A stretch of 64,000 nt of DNA from Ramazzottius varieornatus (lineage: Eukaryota > Animalia > Tardigrada). The stretch covers positions 620,001-684,000 of the forward strand of contig BDGG01000008.1 in assembly GCA_001949185.1 (NCBI GenBank), read 5' to 3'. Under the pieces are notes generated by a model. The model was not told where the DNA came from. It saw only the letters and a program-made list of their open reading frames with translations, and did no database searches. A program made the translations under genes and the position numbers. Positions 12,102 through 26,166 of this stretch are shown here, in pieces (position 1 is the stretch's first letter; the number at the start of each line of letters is the position of its first letter).

Positions 12102-15100
12102 TCAGGTGGCGCCACCATGGTCGTGCCGTGAGAGTGCTTCCCCCGTGTAAGCCTTCCACAATTGTGAGTGGAACCCTGTGGGTAACTGGTTTGGCGAGCT
12201 TTCAGAGACCGTTTCAAGTTCTCTCCTTCGCCGGTTTGAATTTTGATGGTATGATGGAACCTTGAAATGCAGGACATCTCTCCAAGTTGTGTGCTTTCCG
12301 ACCTTTTCACCATCTTCCAAGGTCTGAGGCTGTATGACAAAAACAGGCTTGAGCATGAGGTGAAAGAATTTGGGTAATGGGACAAAAGAGGCAAACGAGT
12401 ACGAGAGCAGTGTTGGCGGTCTCCGGGAGGAACAAAGTCGATGTTGCAGCCAGCAGCGACAGAACACCGAATGCGATCAGTGGCAGCACCGTATACTGCA
12501 AAACCACGAACTGTCCCAAATCAAAAGGCCTGGAATACTTTCTATGAACCGTCACTTACATCGAAGATGCCCAAGTAAACGACATACGGAACTCCCAGAT
12601 TGAAGAACTCTTGACCAAACGCTGGAAAATGACAAGACTGGTAAAAGTGACTGGGTTGTAAGGAGGCGCCACAAATTACAGCACGTAAGACTCACTAGTG
12701 ACGGACCGCCCTTCTCCTTAAAGTACAAACATAATTTTATAGTTTTTAGTTGTTTTTTTTTAAGCTGGCGTTTACCTAAATTTGGGCCGTTTGTTTAGCT
12801 AAACGGACGTTGGGATTGATCAAGCTCGCCAAACAGACCCCGTCCACTCAGTTTAGCTAAACGGATTGAAATCGTCCATTTAGCTAAACGGAGCCTGTTA
12901 ATCGCCTCCGTGATGTCGGCATCGTGCGCGAAAATGTTCCGCTCAAAATATTCTATTCAATGTTTCTGACGTCACAGCCTTTTCTACGTCATTTGGTATG
13001 TTAGACTGTGATTGATTATTTCGATACTCAGACCTGAAATTTCAATTGATTACGTGATTGGTTGATTTACTTAAACAAACGCCGTTTTTAAACGACCACC
13101 TTTACGTAAACGCCAGCTTTGAGTCTAGCTAGTAACATACTAGAGTAAAAATATTGTCGGGCATGAAAGGTATGCGGACTTACCTCTCACAACCGTCGGA
13201 AAGATTTCTGTAGGAAAAAGCCACTGCGTCAGCGTACATCACTGTAGACGATGCTGTTCTGAACTAGTTTCTAATGGACGTACCGTCTTCAAGAAGTTCG
13301 CTGATGATGAAGGCCATAGAAACCGTCAGCTTACATATGAGTACAATCAAGGCCACAACAGAGTTTTTGGGTACTCCAGCCGCTACAACCCCGGCCAATC
13401 CGCCGCAGGTCATGGTCAGCACCAGAGACAGCCGACGCCCAAGTTTGTTACACATGGATGTCGTTACAAAATATCTTGCAATCAGACGCAAATACGTAAT
13501 TTCATTTTAGTAAAGCTTTCAGACTAACCGAATCGTTGCTGCGGGACCCTGCGCTAATCCACCTGGTAGCTCAGCCAGCGAAGAGATGACAAATGTGAGA
13601 TGTGGATTCAAAGTGTCAACGCTCGGACCATACAGTGTCAAACCCAAATGGAATCCAAGGTTGGAAATGCTGATGAAAGTCAGTCTGCAAAACAGAATTA
13701 GAGTGGGATTTCGGCAAACAAAAGTTATCCACCTGCAGGGCCCTGAGTCTCATAAATCAATGGTCCGATAGTACGCCGGTGCCTGAAAGTCGGATTGACT
13801 TTTTTGTCAACTTCCGAAGCATGGTCTCACTCAACACGAGACGATACCGAGGACTTACATCAAGGTCTTTTTCCGTAAATTGCTAGTACGGAAGAGGTCC
13901 CAGACAGACACGTGTTTATCCGTGCTGCGCATGCCATCTTCATTGATTTTTTTCAGGATCCACGGTAGTCTGGCAGTCTTCCTCGTCCAGGGACCCGTTC
14001 CCGTTGACTTCGACTATGTCCTCCAGCATATGCGCCAGCTCTGTGTATCGCTTCTCACTCAGTAGCCATCTAGGAGACTCGGGAAACCACAGAAAGGCAA
14101 AAAGGAGTAGAAGCATCGGGAGTGAGGTCAAGAGCGCGTACACTCTCCAGCTTCGTACAAAGTACGATAGTGCCCCGACCATCACCGAGCCGGCAGTGTA
14201 GTATACCGCCACAAGGACGGACATCAGAGCTCGTGGTTTAGAGCCAATAATCTCCATGGCTGTCATCACAGGTAACATGAATGTCCGGTCTGAGAAAAAG
14301 CGGGATAGTTTAAATAGGTCATGGAGAGTTGAAATTCACCGCTGCAGATGATTAAATATTGCCATTTTTCTACGAGAAAGAGTGTTCAGTGTAATAATAC
14401 CCAACACGGCCCTGCTACTGTAAATGTTGCTTGAAAAACGGCAAAGTTCTAATGTATAAGCGACTAGGCCTAGACACGATATTCACAGAGAAAGTTTGAT
14501 TAATATCAGCATTTTTTGCTAGATTACCAAGTCCAATCCCGATGAAGAACCGTGCGACGGAAAACCATGTGAATGTGGGAGCGAATGCAGCTCCTATGGA
14601 GGCGACCAAGACGACGACGTAGCATCCGAAGTAAGCGAAAGCTCTGCCGTAACGGTCAGCCACATAGCTCACAAAGAAGAGGGAACTCAGGCTTCCGGCA
14701 GCGTGGGCCGTATAGGCATGCGATCTGCAAACAAACAAAATGGACTACCCGCCGAGAAAATTCCAACAGGGAAGAATCATACTATTTACACGTAAATCGC
14801 CTTGCCACAAACCAGATCGAATTCTGTAACGATGCTGGATTTCCAGTAGCTCCTGAAAAGTAGACATAATCATTGACGTCGACATCATTTTATAATTATC
14901 ATACAGTACGACGGCTAACTTGCTGTATATCCATCCATTTTTACAGGGTACAACTTTGTCCTCTGTAGATGGTCCTTTTCTGACAAGACCCTCATCAAAG
15001 TAATCGACCTCATACATGTGACATCTGTCTATTACTTCCTTGCCATCGTCCATCTTTTCGGGTAACCACCGAAAGACGTCGGACTGAGACAATTTTCCCG

Positions 15101-15345
15101 GGAGCCGACAATGGAAATCGGTAGGTATGCCGCTCATGAATATCTGCAAAATAATATAATATTATTATACTGAGCTTTCAATCTACGTTAGACGAAAATT
15201 TGGATGGGTTGATGTGTACCTGGTTGCCCCACCCAAGAAAGGAGTATGGCCAAGTTGCCGGAAACAACACCAGCAAGAAGATCAGCTTCTGATACCGTCC
15301 AAAGCTTCCAATTTGCAGTTGACTCAGAACGTCATCGAAATCCAT
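12102..15345 (-). pseudogene. SLC22 transporter copy B, 12 exons, frameshift plus mutated splice acceptor
   Basis: Colinear with copy A (MDFDDVL..GSFGRYQK, SIVTEFDLVC, ADRYGR, PESPRWL, EIFPTVVR, LPET). There is a frame change at ~13980 and an acceptor AG->AA at 13476. Confidence 0.75.
12762..13119. mobile_element. MITE in SLC22-B intron
   Basis: 19-bp TIR AAGCTGGCGTTTAC(C/G)TAAA, with internal repeated palindromic TTTAGCTAAACGG motifs. Confidence 0.75.
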
Positions 15346-16200
15346 TCAGTAGAACAAACAATTCCCAAACGGTCTTTACGATTCTTTAAGTAACACGGAA
15401 GAATTTTACATCAACGCACTTCCTGCGATCTCTGGAATATCCTCGGTGCGCAAGTGCCCAAATGGTCTATGGAGCTTTCCCTACGCCTGTCTTGGGGATA
15501 GTACGGTCAAGCGGATATCCTCTATTGCAGAGTCCGGTCACGTTACGGATCAGTAGGAATTCAGTAGTATTTTTTCTCTGGAAGCAACGATTTGATTGGA
15601 CACGAGTCGCATCCTCCCACGGTCTATCACAAAGCATTGCGCGCTAAACTAACAAGAAAGGTGAGATGTTTCCTACGTTACTATGCCGTGTCCTGTGGTG
15701 TCTCGCCGATCTGGTTCAAAGGAACTTCAGAGAAAAAGGGCAGAATTCCGGACCTCTTAGGAATCTCAACACGTCCTTGCTGGGTGGCGATGGAAGTGGA
15801 AGTAGCGACCCTGAGCTTAAAACTCAATTACCAGCGCGAGGGAGCGGTTGCTGAGTTAGCCAGCGGGTATCAGGAGTCTGGTACCGAAAGGCCTACTAGT
15901 TATAAGGTGTGGCCAACTCAACAACCCTTCCCTCGTACTGCACGCTCCTCGCTACCTGGAAACTTTTTATCCAATTTCCCAACTGGTTTCCACACGTCGG
16001 AAACCACGGGCCCATATCAGAAAATCATAGTGTAATATACTTTATACAGTATCATACATAGAACAGACTGTCGAAATGGATGAGTAGATTTGGTCAACTG
16101 TACACTTTTCAAAATTTAACAGAGATCTCAAATTTAGAATACTGTAGAACCGTCACAAACTCTCACAAAGTTAGCTGGGAATGGAAACAGACCTCAATTT

Positions 16201-18647
16201 TCAAGTCGAGTTTCTAACCTTTTTGATTGTGTTTTTCAGAGCTTGCCTACAGAAATAGAAGAGGGATTTACAGCTTCAATTTTACCACGCTTGATGGGCA
16301 ACCCTGTTAATCCTGGCGTTTTGTATCAACTTACCTCCGATTACAAAACCAGACGCGGACTACTTCTCGGTCATATGCCAGCTCATCCGCGAGGGAAGTG
16401 ACTTCCGCACCTGAAAGAGTACATGATATGAAGCACCATCGGGTCACGAAACTTTTTCTAACGTACCCGAAGGATGGGTGTTTTTCTCAAAATGGGCGTT
16501 GAGAACTTCCAGTGCTTGTGGTGTGAAGCTTGTTCGTCGTTTTCGTTTTTTGTTGGGTTCACATCCGACAAACTCCGCCAGATTCTGCCCACCATTCTCG
16601 TACCGTTCTTCTGCCTCTCTCATCCATTTTTCAAGAACCGGTTTGATCTTCTGGGCGCTTCTCGGTGTAATGTCCAGTTTTTCGAACCTATAAAATATGC
16701 GAAAAATTATGAAACAAATGTGCGAGAGGTATCGCGGAAACTGGCCGCCGTAAGGGCAACCGTATCCCTCAGCCATCTCGAAATCAAGATACTCTTCACT
16801 CTGTAGGTAAGCTGGAATCATTGTGCTTCTATGATCCCGCATATTCAGGAGTGACAGAATCTCGTTAATAGTATCTAGGTTGCCTGTGGAAATAATTCAA
16901 CTTTGGCGACGCACCGACAGATGGCGCTTTGGCTATACGAAGGACCTTCCGTTGCGCTGAGTGCCTGTCAAACAAGCGGAAGTCAGCATGAGTCTTATCA
17001 GAACCATCCCTCCGACATTACTTACTTGTCCCACTTGGGTTTGCGTTAGGCCAAGGGATAATCGGCGAATTTTGAACCTGGAGAGAATTCGGTCACACAG
17101 TGTGCTGAGATGGGCAGGTACTGGTGACAACAGATTCCTACCGCTTGGCGAATTCACGAATCTCCTCCAGGTCAATGCCGTCAACAACGGCAGCTGAGCG
17201 TGCACTGCAGATAACTGACTTTTCATGCTTATTGTGCCGTCCATCAGCAGACGAACTTGGTGCGTTAACCGGGGAAGACGAGGACGTCGGGGAAGACGCC
17301 GACTTTCTTGTGCTACTGACGTAGGAAGATTTGATCGCTTGTGCGTAGTTTACTGCTGCAAAATTAATCAAAAAGAAACAGATTACAGAGTGTGTGCAAA
17401 GTAAACTGCAGGCATCTATCCTCGGACACCTGTATACACCTCGCCATGTTGACAAAATGGGCGTCAGTGACACCCTCAACTTATTGGCTGACTGCTCACA
17501 TGATTGTCTTAAAAAAGTGAGTGAAGTACGACGAACCTTTTGTGCTTTTTATAACACTGGGATGAGTTAACTGGGCTATAGTGGGTCCACGATCGCTCGA
17601 GCGGTCATCTTCGTGATCCGCAGCCTCACGATCGGCGGCCTCCGCTTCATTCTCTGATCGCGCTCCCGAGCCATCGCTGTCGCCGTCATCATCCTCCTGT
17701 TTCACGCTCACATTCACTGAACTTTTGCTGGAGGAATCTACCAGCGAAGAAACCTTGCCAACTCGGCGAATGGCCGACTGGCAGTTATTGGCGACGTTGT
17801 TGTTCTGCTGCTGGCAAACTGCCAGCTGCAAGTTGCTCTGCGCCACGGCGTTAGCCAGGAGCTGGTTGTTCAGAGCTGAGAGAATCTGGGTGCTGGATAA
17901 CCCATTGTTGAGCAACTGCTGCATCTGTAGCTGATTGACCAGCGCCATCTACAAACCAGAATCGATCGGTAACAAGTTTGCTAAATTTCAATGAAGCATC
18001 TTTGTATAGACTGAAGATTTCACCCCGGAATTTTGTGGGTTATGAGAGGAGCTTTTGGTATGCAGGCTGGCAAGAGCGGAAATCTGGCTGCTATTTAACA
18101 GCATCGATGCTTGACCACTAGTGCCAACTGGCATAGACACGAGCTGCGGTGCTGCACCGTTCGAAGAAGGCATTTGGAAAATCTGTTGAGCTTGGAGGCC
18201 TTGGAGAGCCTGGTTGGCAAGAAGAAACTGAGTGGCGGCATTTCTCGAAGCATTCTATGAAACATAAACGAATCAGAGACGGTGAAACATGAGAAACTAT
18301 ATCGCAGACTGACTCTTTGAACAATGGCCTGTCATACATGATTAGGGTTGTGCGCTCCGGCAGAATGCTGCATCATGGATCCCAGAGTCCAGTTATGGAT
18401 GCCCAGCAAACTAGGAAGTATCTGCTGGACACTGGGTAACTTTCCATCCGTCGACGTACTGGATACCTGCGACGGAGAACCGCTGTCCTCTGTAGACCAC
18501 AATGGATGTAATACAACTCTGCGGTGAAGAATTCAGAGTTAAGGTGACTGGACTTACGCTTATTGGTGCTGCCAGATGGTCGGGTATCCATCTTAGTTCA
18601 ACACGCACGGGAGAATGAGTTCGCGCTCCTGCATTATCCACGGGCAT
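16201..18647 (-). CDS. POU6F2: POU class VI homeodomain transcription factor (pdm3/POU6F-like); 5' end uncertain
   Basis: POU-specific domain [15 protein letters not shown]|[17 protein letters not shown]|[16 protein letters not shown]|RFEKLDITP. Homeodomain [17 protein letters not shown]...[15 protein letters not shown]. Stop at 16201-16203. Confidence 0.9.
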
Positions 18648-21600
18648 ACCCAGTTTCCGTTCTTTCCTCACCCGGTTTCTGCAAGAAAAACTGCGCAAAT
18701 TATCCACAACAAGATACGCGTGAAATCTGAATTGACTGCCGCATTTTCGCAAAACTGCCGCTATCACTTTTTGCGGTGATCTTCCCTGAATGAAAGCATG
18801 CCTGATTGATTACAATTTACTGAAATCTTCCCAGACACCACCAGAATAATCAACAAGGGTCGAAGATTAAATATTGTAGACCAAGTAGCACACTAATGCA
18901 AACAACTCAGATGTGCTGTATTGTATCCTGGATCGATGGGATTTCAGCTCAAGTAAGCGGGAAGAAGACGAAGGCGTGCCCCATCCTGCCATCACATATT
19001 CAATGCGATGTCAGGCTTTCAGCAATTAATAATTTCAAAATTTGAACCTTTGCGAAGGGTCAAAACTATCGAACATAGGCCAAGGGATCGGCATCCGCGA
19101 GGTCGTCAAGCTGTACGCTGGAGGAGAATTCAAGTAAAGTGCGGGTTCGTTAGAAACGTGGCGCGGGATAACTTCGGAAAGATTCAGGAAACAGTGTTCC
19201 ATTTTCTACAGGAAAAGCGAAAAACGCAACATGGAAAACAAGGAGGCTAAAGTGCCAGATCCTAATGTCATTTACATGATTGAATATTTTATGTGTAGCA
19301 GAAGGGGAATCTGTGAGAGCCTCCTCCACGCCAGTTGCACCCACATCAGGGTGGAAGTACGCGACTCGCCAATCCTCATGGCACAGCGCACTGTTTCCAT
19401 ACGGACCATAAATTGCCGTTCAACATAGAATGCCAGAAAACTCCCAAACGGAAGTCGGCAAAATAATCAATACGGATTATTGCTTAACTTATATCACGAA
19501 GCCTATTTCCCACCCATCACCGCAGTCCTCACTTTCCCAAACCAGAGAATCTCCCCTAAGACAAGAGAATCCAACAGGACCAACGCACGCCTTACTCGGA
19601 ACTGTAGTGCAAAAGTTCCCGGCTAAGGATCACAATTCTATGCGGAATGGCTTTTGGGGTAATGGCTGACGTGAGCAACGTTAAGGCCCCAATAATGATG
19701 CATTTCAAGCAGGGCTAGCAATTGGTGCTTTGATTTACCATGATGACATTATGGCCTGTTCTCTGGATGGCGTCTCGCGGAAGCAGCAATCAATAATGTT
19801 AAAACCAACGGCAAAATGGGAAAAGATCAGATTCAAATGATGCTGATATGCATTTACTCTAAAAGCAAAGCCCTGTCCCCATTTCTCAAGCTCCATCCAA
19901 CTAGACCAATCTCATTCTGCCCTGATTTTTCCTTCCCACAACAAAGTAGGAAGAGCTTCTCTGGGCTTCTCAAAACCTTTCCCAAGTTGATGATATGTGG
20001 AAAATATTCAGATGAAAATTCTCATTGTGATTTTCTCTCTAACCTGATGAAAAACCCTAAAATTAACATATACATTACGTGCGAGCCTACCATCATGACC
20101 GGAAGAAACTTCCACCACATGAAAGGATAGTTTCAGCTGAATGCTCCAGTGGATCCTGGCTTATCCAGAACGCACCCCTGTTCTCCGTTAGAGTATTGAT
20201 TATTCGCTGAATAAGATATGCTAATGTTCTTATATTTTGGATAAACCATGCATATTGATTAGAAATCAATCGAAATCTTATGTATGCATGCATCGGAATT
20301 TGCCACGAAATCGACATTATGCTTCACAGCAAAGCTATGTGGGATAACATATTAACAAAAGTAATGACTTACGCGCCCCTTCTCCTGGGTTTGTTTCTAG
20401 CGTAAGCAGATCCCCACTGTTCTGACCATATTATTTAAGCCTACCTAAACCTCAGAGTATTTTTCCAATACCGGATAAATTTCGAGAGGGTTTGACCACC
20501 TAACGTGGGAGGAAAGTACTGTAGTTTGCGTTCTTGGTCCTGCCAGGTCACGCTACAATGTGGGTTCCCTGCAAGCGGGTGCTGCGCTTACATATGCAAT
20601 GAAATTCGCCGGTTTGCCCACATTTGGCCTGTTTATCGATTGAAAACACGAAGTTTCAACACAGCATCAAGCAGGCAACGTTTGCATCCCTCTTTTGTCC
20701 TTGCATGCTCGCCGTTTTCTCCGCGCTCACGATCTCGCATAATGCAAGATCCCCACTTTCTCAAACCACAGTACGAGTAGTTACAGTCCCGTCGTCCCGC
20801 ACTAGCCACGCATGCCACGAGCTGCTAGCTCTTAGCAGGCGCTAGCAAAACTATTCTCCCCTTTACGTTCTGTTCAGACCGAAAAGTAACTTCGGAACAA
20901 GAGCTTTTCGCGCAGGTCCGTGCGGAAACCTACTTGTGGGTATTTTCCTGCACAGTTCGTCCCTGTTCGGTAACATTAAACTCGAAATTAGACTCTACAC
21001 CACCCAGTCGTTCAATCCATAAGAAAAGGTTTCTCTTCGCACCTTTCAGCAAAGTCAACAAACAAACTCTTTTTTCCTCTAAAAAAATTTTCAAAGCTGC
21101 GAAAGTGACTTACAGTAAGGCAGGATGCGGTGTTGTCGATTTGGGTTCCTCACATCTAGCTGGCGAAAGTTCTTGGCAGGAGCCCGCACGGCATCGTCTT
21201 CCTACATTATAAATGCTAGAGACGTTGTTGAAAACAAACATACTCCGGCATAATGCTGAAGCCTTACTGTACATTTGCGCTGCATCTTCCCCAGGCAGGC
21301 AATGGGCAGGCAGGCTAAACAGCATCCCACTTTCTTAAGCCTGCCTCATCCCGGTTGAGATTGGAGCGTCGACTGTCTCCGGCCTCTGTATTAACCGGTT
21401 CCTCGTATTCCCTCATTTCGAATGATCATTCGATGCGAACGCAGATGTGTGCCTGAAAGAAATGCAATCGTTACAACATACAGCTCGACTCTTTGTGGTG
21501 GCATAAGTGCTGTAGTACGCTACCATTCATACATAACACTACATGTTCACGAGCAACTTGATCAATAGGTCAATATTACGCACTTCCTACCTGCTGGGTT

Positions 21601-22176
21601 CCTTCCTTTGATTAGTGACCGAGATGAGGTAACGGAATCCAATAACCAAGCGGAAATTTCCTGCTCCTGCGGCACGATGCATAAAATCAAATAGACATAT
21701 TGGTAATAACCTCATGAAAACAATATTCATTTGCATCAAGCTAACCGAGGCCTCGACCACCTTTCTCAAGACTGCAAGATCTCAGTTTACCAAGGTGACT
21801 GCGCAGCGCCGTTGTGGGCAGCTTTCCAACCGTCATCGCCATTCTCCGACGCCGAAAGCTAACAGGTAGAAGGATCTGCATGGAGAGAATGACAGACAAA
21901 GCAGAAAGACGTTTTTCACGCGAAAAACACCGAAGAATATAAAATATGCGAAGTAAACGCCAGTTTCGAACTCTGATACCCCTAACCGTTTCTACTTTGT
22001 ACTTCCGGCGCGCAAGTTGTTTGCGGTCAGGCAAGCCTCGCTGTGTCCCAAAGCCGAAAATATTGAATTTCCCAAATTTGCCTAGACTAAAAATAATAGT
22101 TTTTGGTTGAACCGGAAGTCTCTCCTGAACGCAACTGTTTCGGATTCCAAGTTTCTCCTCTGTTCTAACTCACATT

Positions 22177-23658
22177 ATGTCAGCTATCCCACCAAGTTTA
22201 GGCAGACTACTATCAGGACTTTGCAAGGGATGCGGACGTCACCGCGAAGCTTACAACCGGACACAGAGCCGTACACTTACCACTGTATTTTCGGGCATCC
22301 AGCCGACCGGCTCCTTGCATTTGGGAAACTACTTTGGAGCTGTGAATCTCTGGAAAAGTCTGCAGAATGATCCGGCCAACCACCTCATCATTAGCGTCGT
22401 GGACATGCATGCCATCACCGTGCCATGGAAGCCCGAACAACTTCGGCAGAATATCGTCCAGTCGTTCATCGAGCTGCTCGCTTGCGGGATTGATCCTGCC
22501 AAAGTTGTCTTGTTCCAGCAATCTTCGGTACCCGAGCACGGGAAGCTGCAGTGGATCTTCTCCTGTTTATCGTCTATGGCTAGAGTAGACAATCTTCCGC
22601 AGTTCAAGGAGAAGTCAGCAGTGCAGAAGGAGGTGTCCTGTGGGCTGTTCACGTATCCTGTTCTGCAAGCGGCTGACATTCTGTTGTACAAAGCTCACCT
22701 TGTTCCTGTGGGAGAAGACCAGGTATTCGAGCGGAATCTTCTGAAGGATAGTTCTGAAAGGAGAAACGTGTCGAAAATATTATATTATCGCAATTTTTCT
22801 GCTGGAGATGTAATTTAAAATGAATTACAGTATTATCTCTTGTTGCTAACTGAAAAACACGGAAGGGCTTGCCACTCATATCATGTTATGTCATGTCATG
22901 TCATGTGCTGAGCCGCCTCTTGTGTCGTGATATGCTATGACACGACACGGCACGACATGTTCCAGCGTTTGAAAACCCGTCAGGACCTAATTCAAACGCA
23001 TGTTCTTCCGCCATTTCATCACACTGTTGTCCAGGTTCAACACCTCCAGTTGGCGCAGGACATAGCGCGGATATTCAACAGTAAGTGCGGTAAACTGTTC
23101 CCGACTCCCCACAGACTACACAGCGACCTTCCGCGTCTGAAGAGTCTGCGCGACCCAACGAAGAAGATGAGTAAGTCCGACACAGATTCAAGAAGCCTGA
23201 TTCAGCTGACAGATTCACCTGGCCAAATTCGAGAAAAGCTAAAGAAGTCCGTCACTGATTTTAAGTCAGAAATTACCTACGACCTTGCAGAGCGACCAGC
23301 CATCGCCAACCTGTTGATGCTATACAGGGCGGTCCTCGATGTCAGTCTAGAAAAGGTCCTGGAAGAAACTAGCAAAATCAACAAAGTGGAACTCAAAGCG
23401 CGTTTGGCGGAAGCTGTGATCGAGTTATTACGACCGGTGCACGGTAAAATGAAGGAGCTTCGTAACGATATGGGCTACTTGGAGCAAGTGATGGCTCAAG
23501 GAACTGATCGAGCAAGGACCTTGGCATCGCAAACCATGGATGAAGTTGAAAGTCTCGCTGGTTTTCGTCCTGCAAAAGCGAAGATTTCTACCACGGTCCA
23601 CCGCCAGTTAAATTCTTCTCCCACGGACAAAGAAAGTAAAACACTACGGTCATCTTGA
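22177..23658 (+). CDS. WARS2: Mitochondrial tryptophanyl-tRNA synthetase, 2 exons
   Basis: Targeting-peptide-like N-terminus, FSGIQPTGSLHLGNY (HIGH), YPVLQAADIL, VPVGEDQ|VQHL and KKMSKS motifs. Intron at ~22723-23034. Confidence 0.95.
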
Positions 23659-24207
23659 GTCTGGAAACTTTTGTGCATGTACAGTACAAGTACAAGCATG
23701 TGCATGTACTTGTGCATATAACAGATCGTTGTGACTTCCGACAGCGATCCAGCTTTGGCAATGCTCTCTACTGAAATGGTCACCGAATTATGTGCAGTAC
23801 AGTGGCAAATAGCTAAATTTTGACCGAAATAAATCAACTGTGCTCGTAAAGTTCGGGATTGACTGGTCGGTTGATGTGCTCGAGAATTAACGGACCGCAA
23901 TCCGGACAAGGTTTTACCTGTAGATTCTAGAAGCTCCTGCTGACGCGTGTGACATGACATCAAATCATTGTACTATATGTACATACGTATTACGTATAAA
24001 GTCTAACAGCGGCTCTCTTTCAACAATCAATCGAAGAAGCCATCGTGATTTTGCCCATTGGAAATTTGGAACACTGGACTTCCGGCTCACTCAGCTGGAT
24101 TTATCATTTATACTTTTCTTTCATAGAGTGGCTTCAGTTCAACAGGATTCTGTCTGTCTGAAAAATCGACCTTGATATCATTCACGGAGCCTCAAGTCAG
24201 TTTGGAG

Positions 24208-26166
24208 ATGGACGAGTCAGAAGATTACGTGGACTTACTGGTCGGTTCCGACGAAGAGGATGACTTCGATCTCGATGGTCATGAAGCACCAGCTCCAACG
24301 AAAACTGCAAAGGCAGTTCCCACTACGCTGATCACCGCCGCGGTTGCTTTGCCACCTGTTTCCGATCACCAGGAGGATGCTGAAATGGCTGACGAAGACG
24401 GCGAAATTGCTACAACTCCCCCTCAACCAAATGGACGCTCCTCGGCAAAGCTGTCCGAAGAAGGTATCGAGGATTTATACCACAGGTACAGAACATTCAA
24501 CTTCGAAGAACCTATCCATCCTGTATTAGTTTGCTGCCTTTGTTCTGAGTGACGTGCTTGTTTTTTTAGCATGAATGTTGACGGCGATGCGAACCTGGGT
24601 AAGGAGAGATACGAGGAGATACGATTTGGTTCATTTCTTTGAGCAGACTACTGGTCTAGGATGCAGAGACGGTTAATCGGTCACCCTGCAGTGTGCGTTT
24701 GGTCGCATTGCACAATCTAGGATGGCTGACTTACTCTTCCTGCCTCGGCCTTCTTGTGGAATGAAATAGGCAAAGCCTGCAATTGTGGTATTCCTGGTTT
24801 TTTTAGTTGGTGGAGTCAAGTACCGGCTGGACACCGTCCATCTGCGTGGCGTAAACGACCTCAGCACTTCGGACGTGACCAAGATTTTCCAAGACGGAGC
24901 GTCTATAAAACCAAGTTCGTTTTCCTTCCGCTTGTTAACATACGTTAGAGACAGGTAAATTAGAAACGTTGTGGTCGCTCTGTAGATTCTGTCGAGTGGA
25001 TCAGCGATACGGCTTGCAATGTTGTCTTCCTCACCGAACTTGCTGCAGCTACATCCCTGTACAAAGTGTCACAGCCGCTCAAAGTGATGAAGAAAGCCGC
25101 ATCCGAGGACTCGGACAGTGGCGAGGCAAGGGAGCAAATTTTCGTTCAACGTCCGCCAGAGTTCGACCCTGTCACGGGTGAAGAGCTCTTTGTATCCACC
25201 ATGTCTTCATTTCCCATCCCTGTCCCTCAAGGAAGATGGCGAGTAATCAAGAAGATTCCGTCCAAAGCCAAGCAGATCATCCTCCGCTTTGCTTTGACTA
25301 CCGACAAGAAGCCTCCAAACGCCCAAAAGTACAGTCAGTATTACGAGAAGTATGGACAGCAGTCTGAAGAAGAAAGACGAAGCTATCATCGTGAAACGTA
25401 CAGGTAAATGTTGCAGCATCGCCTCAGAAGCCGCTCTTTTGAAAAAGCAGAACTTTGTTCGCTCAGTTAGCTTTTCATTCCTTATCAGGAATGGAGCAAA
25501 CGCAGATTTCAACAGTAGCCGTGCTGATCCCGTTGCATCAGCACGGTATCTTGCACGACGAAGAACCACCATTGTGGTCCCTGAACTTCCTCCTAGACAA
25601 CACGCGAGTACACCATCCGATCGGCCTCGGCAGGATTATCATATTGTGGTTCGGTACTGCCAACTATTGCTGGGAAAACTTCGACGAGAACAAGAGTTAT
25701 TTATTGCTCTTTTTCCCTACAGAAACGGAGACTACGAAACCCTCAAGGGGAACTACGTGGATCTCGATGCACCACAGGAAGACGCACCCACTTTGATAAA
25801 CCCGCCTGTTTTGGTATCTCCAAGACGCCATGGGACTTCTCCGTATGATCGACCTCGGTAAGGCTCAAAACTATTAACGCAGCTAAATCTCTAACCACCA
25901 CGTCTTCCAGGTCGTCTGAGGAAACCAAACACTTCGAACAGGGCAGACTTCCGTTAGCTACTAACGATCTCCGCTGTTTGCTGCAAAGGAGAAAGACCAT
26001 CCCACAGAATGATCTGCGTCATCGTCTGTCACGCCGTCCTGGAGATGGAGTTGGCTCCAGACCGTCCGTGAGACCTGGCGACCTGCGGAGCCGAATAAAC
26101 CGGGTGAGAGAAAACGAAGAACCAGTATTCGATCCTCAATCTTTCGATCGATATTATCAGTATTAG
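24208..26166 (+). CDS. NCBP3: Nuclear cap-binding protein subunit 3-like, multi-exon
   Basis: RLDTVHLRGVNDLSTSDV, VEWISDTACNVVF and LRFALTTDKK...SQYYEKYG match NCBP3 RRM-region motifs. The C-terminus carries DLR repeats. Confidence 0.8.

Noticed and set aside
22878-22960. (TCATG)n / (ACACG)n quasi-palindrome in the WARS2 intron
   Set aside because: Short simple repeat with no defined termini, probably a TE remnant.
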